A stretch of 64,000 bases of DNA from an uncultured Planctomycetaceae bacterium (GCA_964401835.1 CAYNZP010000010.1:9312-73311); one strand, 5' to 3'. Positions 1 to 9,340 are shown, counted from the first letter of the stretch. Notes: generated by a model not told the origin, from the letters alone. Numbers and translations: made by a program.

Positions 1-473
1 TTTATTTCAAGGCTGGCCAAAAAATCTGCTTCAACTTTTGCTTGTGAGTTCATATCGATCCAGCTGGTAGCCAGAAACTCTTCTGCAACAACTTTCCCTC
101 GCTCAGCCTGGCTGAAACGCTTATGGGCTAGACTGATGGCGAATGAAGATTCAGACGCCAGGACCAGTACCAACGGGTAGGGGATTGCTCGATGGATGAC
201 CTCTGCAATGCGTTTGTATCGCTTGGGGTTTTTCAGATTCCCCTGGAGGACGGCTATTTCCAGGTATTCTCGTTCTTGGTCTTTGTAAGCAGGAATCTGG
301 ATGGTAGCAGGCTTTAGAATGTACTGCCAGATAATGGTGTCGATATCGTCACGAAAAGCCTTTTTGTCAGTTGCTGTGAGTGTAGCATTATCATAGAAGT
401 GTTTTTTGAATACCCGTTTACCGAGATGACAGTTTTCGGGCATGGCCATGTGATTATAGATGGCCTCAATCAC
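1..473 (-). CDS. DUF4391-family protein (partial, runs off the window)
   Basis: GTG at 473-471 overlaps the helicase stop (GTGA). My translation MIEAIYNHMAMPENCHLGKRVFKKHFY...YLEIAVL...IHRAIPYPLVL resembles DUF4391 proteins that follow SNF2 helicases in type III RM loci. Confidence 0.75.
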   Translation of the reverse strand, partial: MIEAIYNHMAMPENCHLGKRVFKKHFYDNATLTATDKKAFRDDIDTIIWQYILKPATIQIPAYKDQEREYLEIAVLQGNLKNPKRYKRIAEVIHRAIPYPLVLVLASESSFAISLAHKRFSQAERGKVVAEEFLATSWIDMNSQAKVEADFLASLEI

Positions 474-3400
474 GCTTGGGCTGCCTCCCCCGTAATGATC
501 AGATAGGTAACTACCTCGAAGTCATCGATACCTTGGAACGAGTCCTTGGAAAGCACAGTTCCGCCTCGCTGGAAAAGACTTTCGACGCCTTTCTCTTCGC
601 TTTTTCCAGTAATAGCAGCGACAGCCTTGGCGAGCATTGCTTGGTAGGGGGCCATATCTTTGCCGTCAGTAGTAATGGCGTTGAAACGAACAAGGGCTTT
701 TTGGTCGGGAGTTTTTCTGCCGATTGATAGCTTTTTGAAGGCATCCAGAATCTTTTTAGTGTGAGTAAAATTATATCTAATTTCACCCGAATCAGAGACA
801 TAAACCAGAAAGTGTGGCGAGAGCGCGTAGGTGCTGTCGAGTTTGGCCTTGACGTTGTTGCTACGTAGACAGAATATGACTCCGGGTTCGAGTTCTTCAT
901 CAATAAGATTGTCTGGTTGAGTTACAGCAAAGGCTCCTACAGGCATATGCTCCAACCGGTTCGTATTTTCCTTGAGGTATTCTATAAGATCCATGCGGAA
1001 GTCGTTGAGTGTCATGTCTGTGATGGAAATATTATTGGAAAGGTCCTCGATGTCGACGACATTTTCCTGGAGCTGTTCAAGCTGCCTTCGGCGGTATTCC
1101 AAATCATTCATCTTCGAGCTATCATTAAACTCGATAACATTCTCTTCACCAGTGGCGGAAATATCCAGCAGGACCATACGACCGCTAACACGGGCCTCAA
1201 GGTTGATATACTCGTCCAACTCCATGTTTGGCCAGAAGTTGACTAGCTGGATGGTCTTATTTTGAGAACCGAGCCGATCGATTCGGCCGAACCGCTGAAT
1301 GATGCGCACAGGATTCCAATGAATATCGTAATTAACAAGAAAATCACAGTCCTGAAGATTCTGCCCTTCGGAAATACAGTCGGTAGCGATGAGTATGTCA
1401 ATTTCAGCAGTCAGCGATTCGTCAATCTTAGCACGTTCCTTGGACAAGGGCGAAAATGACGTAATTATGCTAATTAGGTCTTTGCGGAGTCCAGGCATTG
1501 TGGTTTTGTTATCGCCCGAACGACCTGTGACAAGGGCTGAGTGTACCCCTAGCGTTTCATTGGCCCAAGTGGCAATGTTCGAGTAAAGATAGTTGGCGGT
1601 GTCGGCAAAGGCTGTGAAGATAATGATCTTTTTATTTCCAGGATTTATCGGGCTTTGGCATTTTTCTCTGATTGTTTCCTTTAGATGTAGTAGCTTTGCG
1701 TCGCGATCTGGACGGATCTCTCTTGCCTCACGAAGTAACTTAACCAGAAGATCCTCATCCTCTTGCAATTCCTGCTTCCAGCGGATTCGATCTACGTCCT
1801 GAATTAGTACTTTTATCTTGTTGCCGATCAGGAAGGGAGCAAATTCCTCGGACTCGGTCTCCACGTCTTCAATATTCAATTCCTCCACTTCAGAGTCGCC
1901 GTGTGAGTCGAGCTTGGCGATGATACCTCTTATATCTCGGAGTAATTTTCCTAATGTGAGACCAAAAGAATTTATTGAGCTTTCCATCCGCTTGAACAAA
2001 TTTACACGCATCAGATGAATTAGGCTCTCTTCGCGATCAATCTGTTTAAAAACAGAACCGCCTTTGACTTTAATATCGTATTTGTTGCCATACTCCTCCA
2101 GCTTATCAGGAATAACATACTTGAGTGGAGCATAGGCACTCAGATTCAACCGGCGAATGTCCCTGTTGATCTCCATTAGCGGAGGGAACAAATCATTTGT
2201 GTCGATATCTGCTTTAATGTTTTTGGGCTTTGCGCGTTCGGGGAATTGGCCAATTTCGGCGATATCGTAGTACTTCTCGATATGCTTGCGTGAGCGAGCG
2301 ATGGTGAGCAAATCCAGAAGTTTGAAATAGTCGAAGTTTAGTTTTTCCAGCAGAATTTCCACAGAACGTTGAGGTTCCTCCAGTTTGAGCCACTGATTAA
2401 ATCGTGTCTGAGCTTTTTTGAGCGTTTGTTCGATACTGGCGATCCCTTGACCGTAAAGGGCGTTATCGACGCCTTCGGTAATGAATGCAACCTGGTTTTT
2501 CAAGTCGTTCATTCGGCTGTTGACTGGTGTGGCAGAGAGCATCAGAACCTTTGTCTTGACTCCAGACTTAATGATGTGGTGCATTAGCCTTGAATAACGG
2601 GTTAAGCCATCCTTTCGGGGTGGATTGTTTCGGAAATTATGAGACTCATCGATAACGACCAGATCGTAGTTGCCCCAATTGATTGTTTCAAGGTTCAGCT
2701 CGCCAGATTTGCCACGGAACCGAGTCATGTCGGTGTGGTTCAAGACGTCGAAATTGAAGCGGTCGGCTGCGAAAAGGTTCCGCTTATCGTTAACCGTATA
2801 TAACGTCCAGTTCTCTCGGAGCTTTTTAGGGCAAAGTACCAGAACACGGTCGTTTCGAAGCTCGTAATATTTGATGATTGCCAGAGCCTCAAAAGTCTTT
2901 CCGAGGCCAACGCTGTCAGCGATTATGCAGCCATTGTACTTCTCGATTTTGTCAATAGCCCCAAGCACACCATCTCGCTGGAACTTGTAGAGCTTGCCCC
3001 AAACTTGTGTATCCTTGATGCCTGTGCGAGTTTTGATAATCTTGTCTTCTTCGAATTCGCCAAGGAGCTCCTGAAAGACGTTGTAGAGTGTCAGGAAATA
3101 TATTAGTTCAGGAGACTTGCTTGCAAAGATATCCTTAACCTGATCTAAAACCGCACTTTTGATATCGATCGTTGCTTCTTGGTTTGTCCATATACCATTG
3201 AACCAACTCAACAAGCCAGCGGTCTCCGTAGCTGTCGTGAAGCAGGTGTTCATCTCATATCTGTCAGATGGGGTGGAACCAAGTCCTGAAGATGTGAAGG
3301 GAGAGCTGCCATGAATGGCAACAGTTTCGCCATTCGGATTTTCAATGTGAAATAGGTTCTGAGGGATAGGGGACGTTACGGCTTTGATTTCCGTCTTATT

Positions 3401-3709
3401 CTCTATCCATTGGGCGCACTCCCGTGCAATTTTTGCCAGGGTCAGAGAATTACGAAACTGGCGATCCATCTCACTTCCGGCAAGGCCAGGCATGCAAAAG
3501 GACTGCGGCTTGTTGTCAACAGACTTGCCATCTGCCAGGGGGAGCAACATGCGAAGGGTGTCAATCTTTATTAATTTCTTCTTTAGGGTGGAAAAGCCGT
3601 AAATGGAAAACAGGTCAGATATAATGGAAATGCGGGCATCCTTCTGGATGCTTTTGCCCAGAACATCACATACTCTTCCTTGTGTTTTATTATCCAGAAG
3701 CATTTTCAT
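470..3709 (-). CDS. SNF2/superfamily-2 helicase with N-terminal PLD-like domain (type III RM-associated)
   Basis: Motifs IIADSVGLGKT, DESHNFRN, LSATP, SEGQNLQD, QRFGRIDRLG; degenerate PLD-like GSSPFT in the N-terminus. Start placed at MKMLLDNK; the ORF track extends to 3787. Confidence 0.88.
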   Translation of the reverse strand: MKMLLDNKTQGRVCDVLGKSIQKDARISIISDLFSIYGFSTLKKKLIKIDTLRMLLPLADGKSVDNKPQSFCMPGLAGSEMDRQFRNSLTLAKIARECAQWIENKTEIKAVTSPIPQNLFHIENPNGETVAIHGSSPFTSSGLGSTPSDRYEMNTCFTTATETAGLLSWFNGIWTNQEATIDIKSAVLDQVKDIFASKSPELIYFLTLYNVFQELLGEFEEDKIIKTRTGIKDTQVWGKLYKFQRDGVLGAIDKIEKYNGCIIADSVGLGKTFEALAIIKYYELRNDRVLVLCPKKLRENWTLYTVNDKRNLFAADRFNFDVLNHTDMTRFRGKSGELNLETINWGNYDLVVIDESHNFRNNPPRKDGLTRYSRLMHHIIKSGVKTKVLMLSATPVNSRMNDLKNQVAFITEGVDNALYGQGIASIEQTLKKAQTRFNQWLKLEEPQRSVEILLEKLNFDYFKLLDLLTIARSRKHIEKYYDIAEIGQFPERAKPKNIKADIDTNDLFPPLMEINRDIRRLNLSAYAPLKYVIPDKLEEYGNKYDIKVKGGSVFKQIDREESLIHLMRVNLFKRMESSINSFGLTLGKLLRDIRGIIAKLDSHGDSEVEELNIEDVETESEEFAPFLIGNKIKVLIQDVDRIRWKQELQEDEDLLVKLLREAREIRPDRDAKLLHLKETIREKCQSPINPGNKKIIIFTAFADTANYLYSNIATWANETLGVHSALVTGRSGDNKTTMPGLRKDLISIITSFSPLSKERAKIDESLTAEIDILIATDCISEGQNLQDCDFLVNYDIHWNPVRIIQRFGRIDRLGSQNKTIQLVNFWPNMELDEYINLEARVSGRMVLLDISATGEENVIEFNDSSKMNDLEYRRRQLEQLQENVVDIEDLSNNISITDMTLNDFRMDLIEYLKENTNRLEHMPVGAFAVTQPDNLIDEELEPGVIFCLRSNNVKAKLDSTYALSPHFLVYVSDSGEIRYNFTHTKKILDAFKKLSIGRKTPDQKALVRFNAITTDGKDMAPYQAMLAKAVAAITGKSEEKGVESLFQRGGTVLSKDSFQGIDDFEVVTYLIITGEAAQA

Positions 3710-3884
3710 CTCTTTGAAGGTTGATTCAATAACCCAACTGCCACATAAAATCGAGCTATTGTTCAAAAAATCAATTGGCGTCATCAATTGGCCGGGAAAT
3801 GCTGATACTCAGAAAAGCCTCCCCGTTTGTTCCAAGTAACGCGTATCCAATATTTAACAGTGGTTGGAGCTTGTTGTCAATTGT

Positions 3885-4943
3885 TCAGCTATGATGTAAC
3901 TGATGCTCAAGGATGGGATTTGCGGTTGGTAGGCCCAGGTGGTGGAGTGCTAGGTTGGTAAGTGTTCGTCCACCAGGTTCAATGTTAATCAGGCCGCGGT
4001 TATGCAGAAAAGGTTCGATTTCGACGGTGATAGTGTCGATATCGAGACCGAGTTTGGCTGCGATGGTGCTCAGGCCGAGTTTGCCTGTTGGGCTGGTGCC
4101 GATAGCTGTCAGATAATCACGGGCTGCCTGGTCGAGTCCAAGATCATCGATATTCATCAGCTCGAAGGCCTCCTCGACGATTGCCCCTGTTACACAACCA
4201 TCTTCAATTTCACCCCGGAACAACCTGGCTTGTAATCTTGTAAAGGTTCTATTCAGCAGATTAAGTGCTGTACGAGGCACGCCCATAGCACGCCTGGCTA
4301 TTAACTCGGATGCAGCTGGTGTGATATGTTGGCCCATTGAAGAAGCGGCTTGCAATATAATCTCCGTCAATTCACTTTCGCTGTAAAGCTGGAATGGCCA
4401 CTTAATCCCGCATCTATTAACAGCTGCCATGCCACGCTTTTTGAGTTTTCCCAGATAATTCGTGATAAAGATTATAGAGCATGCAGCTATCCAGATCGTA
4501 GCTGGACGGCTTCGGCCAGCTAACTTGACGTCCAGAATTATCCGACCGTCTGGACTATCAGGTTCGAGCACTTTATGCAACATTTCAAAGAGCTTGGTAG
4601 GCATTACTTCGGCTTCATCGATACACAGTATGTCATTGCAAGCTTTGGCGGGCTCAACAAGGAAGCCGCGTTCGTCATAGCCATCCGCATTGAGCATGGC
4701 CAGCAGTTCTGAAAGGCTCACTGCATCGACAGTGCTTCCAAGTGCCATCTTCAGGCCTACACCGCGGTAATTTGCCAGTGCATGTATAAGGGCAGTCTTT
4801 CCAAGCCCGGGCGGTCCGAAAAGCACCATATGCGGTAGGGGCCGATTATCGACACGTGAAGCGTCGGCTTCGTCAATAAGTAATTTTATCAACTTTTCCT
4901 GTCCTATAAATTGGTCTAATCGTCTTGGTCGCCATGTACTCAT
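3885..4943 (-). CDS. Divergent RuvB-like AAA+ ATPase
   Basis: RPRRLDQFIGQ start, GPPGLGKT Walker A, IDEAE Walker B, GVPRTALNLL, C-terminal winged helix (EIEPFL...GGR). AGGAG SD. Symbol withheld because it is a divergent element-borne paralog. Confidence 0.85.
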   Translation of the reverse strand: MSTWRPRRLDQFIGQEKLIKLLIDEADASRVDNRPLPHMVLFGPPGLGKTALIHALANYRGVGLKMALGSTVDAVSLSELLAMLNADGYDERGFLVEPAKACNDILCIDEAEVMPTKLFEMLHKVLEPDSPDGRIILDVKLAGRSRPATIWIAACSIIFITNYLGKLKKRGMAAVNRCGIKWPFQLYSESELTEIILQAASSMGQHITPAASELIARRAMGVPRTALNLLNRTFTRLQARLFRGEIEDGCVTGAIVEEAFELMNIDDLGLDQAARDYLTAIGTSPTGKLGLSTIAAKLGLDIDTITVEIEPFLHNRGLINIEPGGRTLTNLALHHLGLPTANPILEHQLHHS

Positions 4944-5166
4944 AGGCTACTCCTTTCGTAAATTAAAACTCTGTTCCATGCATTCTTTTTTAGTACGCCT
5001 AACTCTAGGTATAGTAAAGGCCTAGGTGGGAACTGGAAATATTTCCCAAGTATTGAGATAGAAAAATCATATCGAATTCTTGCAAAATCATGCAACATGC
5101 ATACAATTAAATTAAAATGAACAGTAATCGCATCTAGTTGAAAATTGTTAGACAAGGAGCAACAAA

Positions 5167-5823
5167 ATGAAAAAAAGGCAAAACCAAAAAAGTGATATTG
5201 AACAAAATGAGTACCTTTCAAGCATTTGGGAGTTTGAGAGTGAAGATGAAAAGGTTCAAATGTTAGAGACGATTACTGAGAAAAATTGCGGTGAAAAACT
5301 CCAACTTATCCGAAAGATGTCTGGAATATCTCGGAAGGAACTTGCAGATACTCTTGGAGTCGCAGAATCAACTATTTATCGACTTGAAAAGTCAAATACT
5401 TTGCCCAGTAATGATTTTATGCTTAGATTGAGTGCATTAACAGTTATTGGTGTTTCAAAGTTCAAAAAGTTGAATTCAAAAGATAAAGAAAAAGTCTCTG
5501 ATGCTCTGGCTGCAGCGGGTGGGGCAGCAACAGGTGTAGCTGCATCAATAGCTGCAATTTCATCAGCAGGGACTATAGCTGGGCTTTCGGCTGCGGGGAT
5601 AACATCCGGGCTGGCAGCTATCGGGGGGGGGACGATGCTCGGAGGTGTTGCCGTAGTCGCTTCAATTCCGGTAGCCATGGGTGCAGCTGGGTATGGCCTG
5701 ATAAAGGGTATAAAGGCTATATGTAAAGCTAACAAACTCAGTTGCAAAGAGGTTGATGAGTACTGGGAACTAATCCCTGAAAGTTCTGCTGAGACAAAAG
5801 ACGATACAGATAAATCGGAATAA
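5167..5823 (+). CDS. XRE-family HTH protein with Gly/Ala-rich hydrophobic C-terminal segment
   Basis: GEKLQLIRKMSGISRKELADTLGVAESTIYRLE is an HTH_3-type motif; AAGGAATG...GLSAAGITSGLAAIGGG is a glycine-zipper-like stretch. AAGGAG SD. Confidence 0.8.
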   Translation: MKKRQNQKSDIEQNEYLSSIWEFESEDEKVQMLETITEKNCGEKLQLIRKMSGISRKELADTLGVAESTIYRLEKSNTLPSNDFMLRLSALTVIGVSKFKKLNSKDKEKVSDALAAAGGAATGVAASIAAISSAGTIAGLSAAGITSGLAAIGGGTMLGGVAVVASIPVAMGAAGYGLIKGIKAICKANKLSCKEVDEYWELIPESSAETKDDTDKSE

Positions 5824-5880
5824 GCTCTAGGTTGCGCAACATGTATTTTGTTTTGATAATAATTAGTTAGGGGAAATTGT

Positions 5881-6438
5881 ATGGCTGGATTACATGAGAA
5901 GCTTCGAATTAATCCTTTAAAGCAAGCTATCAATAAAATTAAAAAGTCGACAAGCAAGCTCGGGTGTTTTTTAGGGATTCATAAATACGAATGGGAAAAT
6001 TGGGATACCCACCCCTGCAAAAAAACAGGTAGGTGTTTGCGATGTAAAAAACACAAGGTTGTGACTAAACATAAATTCGGCGGAATGCATTATGAATCTA
6101 ATGTATCTTGCCGCTTAATCCAAGTCTGTGAAAGGTGTGAAGCAGGAATTAATTGTGGCTATTCACATGCTTGGGGCGATGGCTATTTTGACCCTGTTGA
6201 ACCTTGCCAAATAAAATATACATGTGACCGCTGCGGTTGTACCAGGTACGAAGAAAATCACAACTGGGGAGAATGGGTGTACGAATCGCCCGTTTCTTGT
6301 AAATTGATAAGGTTTTGTCGTCGTTGTGATGAACGGGAAGATGGAGAAGTCGAACATAAATGGGAAGATATTTCAGCGACCACTGCTAGATGCGAACACT
6401 GCGGGGAATATTTCACAATCGAACCAGCTGAAGAATGA
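5881..6438 (+). CDS. Cys/His-rich repeat protein (tandem Zn-ribbon-like units)
   Basis: About five repeats of roughly 31 aa with the pattern H-x-W/F...C-x5-C-x2-C. Confidence 0.7.
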   Translation: MAGLHEKLRINPLKQAINKIKKSTSKLGCFLGIHKYEWENWDTHPCKKTGRCLRCKKHKVVTKHKFGGMHYESNVSCRLIQVCERCEAGINCGYSHAWGDGYFDPVEPCQIKYTCDRCGCTRYEENHNWGEWVYESPVSCKLIRFCRRCDEREDGEVEHKWEDISATTARCEHCGEYFTIEPAEE

Positions 6439-6451
6439 TTTACATGATATT

Positions 6452-7120
6452 TTAACTCGCCGAAAGCTCACACGCAGTGAGATTTAGCATGAAGTCGCAA
6501 TCAGTGATTGGAAAACGTCTCAGGAATTGTGCATACCGGCTGATAAGCAGCCCTGCAGCAACATAGGCTCCGTAGATGGTCATTTTGGCCGTACATGCAC
6601 CTTGCTGGACCTGCTCGGCTGAGAATAACGTGCCTGGATAGTGCTTTCGGCTCTGCTCGTCAGTAGCGGAGAGGATTCTTATTGAATCCCCGCCTTTTAA
6701 GCGTGCATCAAAGAAACCAGCAGCCTTGTCCTTTACAGCTCTCCAAATCAGCTCACGGGTCTGAATACTGTCGACGCAGCAGAAGACTACGTCGTAATCA
6801 TCGTCGCGGCTTCTCGAAAAACGCCTGTTGATGATATTCACGTGACAGTGGCTGTTTATCTCTGCTATATGCCTGGCAAGTGCATCCACTTTGGTCTCGC
6901 ACAGGTCCGTTTCCAAAAAACCCTGACAGGCAAGATTTACCTCATCTACGGTATCGAAGTCGCATATGGCAATGTCCGGACAGCCTATGTGGGCCAGCTG
7001 CCTGACTACCAGTGAGCCGACAGCACCGCAGCCGACGACAATAGGCCTGAACTGCGCTAATCTGTCAGATGGTATGATGTCCTTCTGTCTTATGTATCTA
7101 TTCGATGTAATTGCGTTCAA
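6452..7120 (-). CDS. ThiF/E1-like adenylyltransferase
   Basis: GCGAVGS nucleotide-binding loop, DFDTVDEVNL, CCVDS, DAR; candidate active-site Cys in GACTAK. Confidence 0.9.
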   Translation of the reverse strand: MNAITSNRYIRQKDIIPSDRLAQFRPIVVGCGAVGSLVVRQLAHIGCPDIAICDFDTVDEVNLACQGFLETDLCETKVDALARHIAEINSHCHVNIINRRFSRSRDDDYDVVFCCVDSIQTRELIWRAVKDKAAGFFDARLKGGDSIRILSATDEQSRKHYPGTLFSAEQVQQGACTAKMTIYGAYVAAGLLISRYAQFLRRFPITDCDFMLNLTACELSAS

Positions 7121-8016
7121 AATTGCACCTCCATTTCTGCATTAGCTGCATTGTCAGAATCAACGTAATCTTCCATGTACCAGTTCTCGTCCGGATCGAT
7201 ATTTAGGTCGGCTTCGAGTTCCAGAATCTCCTGCTGAAGTGATTCAAGTTCTGCTTCAAGTTCATCGGTATTCTCGCCGGTTTGTTTTCGCTGCTGGATT
7301 TGCTCGTAAAGCCCATCGAACTGTTCGTAAAGCTCTGACCGCTGGTTCTTAAGCATGGTCTCGTCGTCCAAGCCCTGGCCTTTTTGTTTCTGTTTACAAG
7401 AACCGCCGAGGCCAGAACCAAGGCCGAAACTTTGAAAAACCATTGGCTTAATGTTCTTTTTGTATTCTTCGTGCCAGTCGTTTTGATTGCTGGCCTCGAA
7501 TTGGCCGCTATAGTCAATCTCGACGTCGAGAAGGACCTGGACGATATAACCAGAGCTGATATTGCTTCTCAGGCGTGCATAGTGCTTGCCACCCTGGGCA
7601 AGGATGAACATGACGGCCCAGTCGCATTTGCCGAAGACGCGCTTGAAAGTCTCTTCGTCGGTCATACTGGGGCTGGGCGAATCGCCCGGATGGCTATGGC
7701 ACCAGATGCGGGCAAAGTTTTCGGGCTGTCGGTTATTATCGACGACCTGAGTTTCAAAAAGATCCGCCACGGCTTCATCTTTAAAGCTGACGCTTGCTAC
7801 GGTATTTTCCTGCTCGACGGTCATAAAATCTATGATATGCAGCGGGTCGTCATCAGCGGTGATACCAAAGCCACCGACTTCGGTATTCCCGGCGTCTCTC
7901 ATGAAAAGCAATTTAGCCCACGCCGTAGGTGAAAATCTCAGCACGGGTTTTCTGGGTGCTTTTCCTTTTGAATCTGATTTAGTCAATCTATTCTCAGGTA
8001 ATTGTTTGGTGTTCAT
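7117..8016 (-). CDS. JAB/MPN (JAMM) metallopeptidase, deubiquitinase-like
   Basis: EVGGFG plus HSHPGDSPSPSMTD (HxH-x7-S-x2-D). Start moved to MNTKQ at 8016, which has a GGAG SD. Acidic coiled-coil C-terminal tail. Confidence 0.88.
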   Translation of the reverse strand: MNTKQLPENRLTKSDSKGKAPRKPVLRFSPTAWAKLLFMRDAGNTEVGGFGITADDDPLHIIDFMTVEQENTVASVSFKDEAVADLFETQVVDNNRQPENFARIWCHSHPGDSPSPSMTDEETFKRVFGKCDWAVMFILAQGGKHYARLRSNISSGYIVQVLLDVEIDYSGQFEASNQNDWHEEYKKNIKPMVFQSFGLGSGLGGSCKQKQKGQGLDDETMLKNQRSELYEQFDGLYEQIQQRKQTGENTDELEAELESLQQEILELEADLNIDPDENWYMEDYVDSDNAANAEMEVQF

Positions 8017-8980
8017 CGATATTCTCCAATTCTTCTTTGCAGGAACATGCAAAATCTTCCAGGCACTTCTTGCATATTGGCTGCTCGCAGTCGGGGCATT
8101 TGGTAAGACAGGCATAACAATAACCTTCATCGCAGATGGGACATTTTCGCAGGCAGCCATTGCAAGTTGCCTCTCCGCAATCGCTGCAATAGCTGACGCA
8201 CTGGTCGCAGAAATCGTTATCACATGAATGGCACCAGTAAGTACTCTCACTGTCGCATAGATACCCGCAGTCGTAGCAGGATAAACCGCACCAATCGTCC
8301 AGTGATACGTATGGACTGTCCGGGTTGTAGGTTTCTAAAACCGAGACCATTACCTGAAAGAAGTCACCGATTCTGCCATTAGTGAGGGCAGCTCGGACCA
8401 CCGACAGGCCATCGCCCATACAGACACGTTCATCACTTACATGAGGATGAGTCACAATGGAATTTGAAGCAGCTGGATTGGGATTTAAAGCAACAACCCT
8501 TACTGATTGGTCTTCCGGCTTTTCGAGGTGGCTTATATCCAGCCGTATCTCGAAATCACCAAGGAAGACACCTTCAAGCTCGATAGGGTCGGTAGTGATA
8601 AAAAGTTCGTCAGACTCTCTGTCCCATTGCAGATTGCCAAATTCACGCTCCGCAGCCTTGAGTTCTTCATAGATGTCTCTAACTGAGGGGGTAGATTTGA
8701 GCTGGACAATCTGGTCGATGGTATTCTGCAGGCTGGTGACGTAGTATGGTAAGTCCCTGATGCTTTGCGACATTTTTGAGAGGACTTTTCCACGTGTATC
8801 GTCCCAGCAATGTGCCAGGCAAAGATTGAGTTGCTTCTTTGAGGTTTGCAGATGGCTGGCTTGATCAAGAAGCTGTTGTATCCTGCGAATTAACTGCCTG
8901 TAATCATCCTTATGAAACTCAAACAGCTGGCTGCGAATACGAGCAGCTATCCGAAGGATTTGCTTATCTGGAATGCTCAT
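7994..8980 (-). CDS. Prokaryotic E2-like protein with C-terminal Cys-rich array
   Basis: THPHVSDERVCMG matches the UBC-fold HP(N/H)...C active-site pattern; nine CxxC motifs at the C-terminus. Start MSIPDKQ at 8980 has a GGAG SD. Confidence 0.72.
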   Translation of the reverse strand: MSIPDKQILRIAARIRSQLFEFHKDDYRQLIRRIQQLLDQASHLQTSKKQLNLCLAHCWDDTRGKVLSKMSQSIRDLPYYVTSLQNTIDQIVQLKSTPSVRDIYEELKAAEREFGNLQWDRESDELFITTDPIELEGVFLGDFEIRLDISHLEKPEDQSVRVVALNPNPAASNSIVTHPHVSDERVCMGDGLSVVRAALTNGRIGDFFQVMVSVLETYNPDSPYVSLDDWCGLSCYDCGYLCDSESTYWCHSCDNDFCDQCVSYCSDCGEATCNGCLRKCPICDEGYCYACLTKCPDCEQPICKKCLEDFACSCKEELENIDEHQTIT

Positions 8981-9037
8981 GATATTACTCCAAAAAGCTC
9001 CCGAAAAACTCACGGTAAATCCACAAAATGAAACAGA

Positions 9038-9063
9038 GACTGGCGGATTTTCGGCCACCAGCC
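9038..9063 (-). terminator. Hairpin just downstream of the Ubl gene (weak terminator or stabiliser)
   Basis: Minus-strand GGCTGGTGG/CCGCCAGTC stem with G-U pairs, followed by a T-rich tract. Confidence 0.4.
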
Positions 9064-9089
9064 TCTGCCCCAAGAGTTTAAATGCAGTT

Positions 9090-9314
9090 TTACTTTCGCG
9101 CGCCATCTATTTTCGTGGGAGTTATCGTCACCCGGTCATCTTTTTGCAAGACATAGTCGCTTGATACAGGTTGACGGTTAACCCTGATAAGATAATCGCA
9201 CGTTTCTCCATTAGGAATCTTTTCGGCAAACAGCTGCGACACAGTTGTGCCTCTGTTTACCTCGATATAGTTGGCGAATCCGGCTCCGTCGTTGTTGATG
9301 AAAAGTATACGCAT
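9090..9314 (-). CDS. Ubiquitin-like (ThiS/MoaD beta-grasp) protein
   Basis: 74 aa with IRVN...VLQKDDRVTITPTKIDG-ARK beta-grasp pattern; AAGGAG SD; first gene before E2-JAB-E1. Confidence 0.85.
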   Translation of the reverse strand: MRILFINNDGAGFANYIEVNRGTTVSQLFAEKIPNGETCDYLIRVNRQPVSSDYVLQKDDRVTITPTKIDGARK

Positions 9315-9340
9315 GGTGTTTTCTCCTTATGAAAACGTGA

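Noticed and set aside
8017-8250. N-terminal extension of the JAB ORF to 8250
   Set aside because: It overlaps the Cys-rich end of the E2-like gene; the ATG at 8016 has a good SD.
8981-9106. N-terminal extension of the E2-like ORF to 9106
   Set aside because: It overlaps the Ubl gene end and a hairpin; the ATG at 8980 has a GGAG SD.
6452-9314. Thiamine or molybdopterin biosynthesis reading of ThiF plus ThiS/MoaD
   Set aside because: No thiG, moaE or sulfurtransferase genes are nearby, an E2-like gene is present, and the Ubl lacks a terminal GG.
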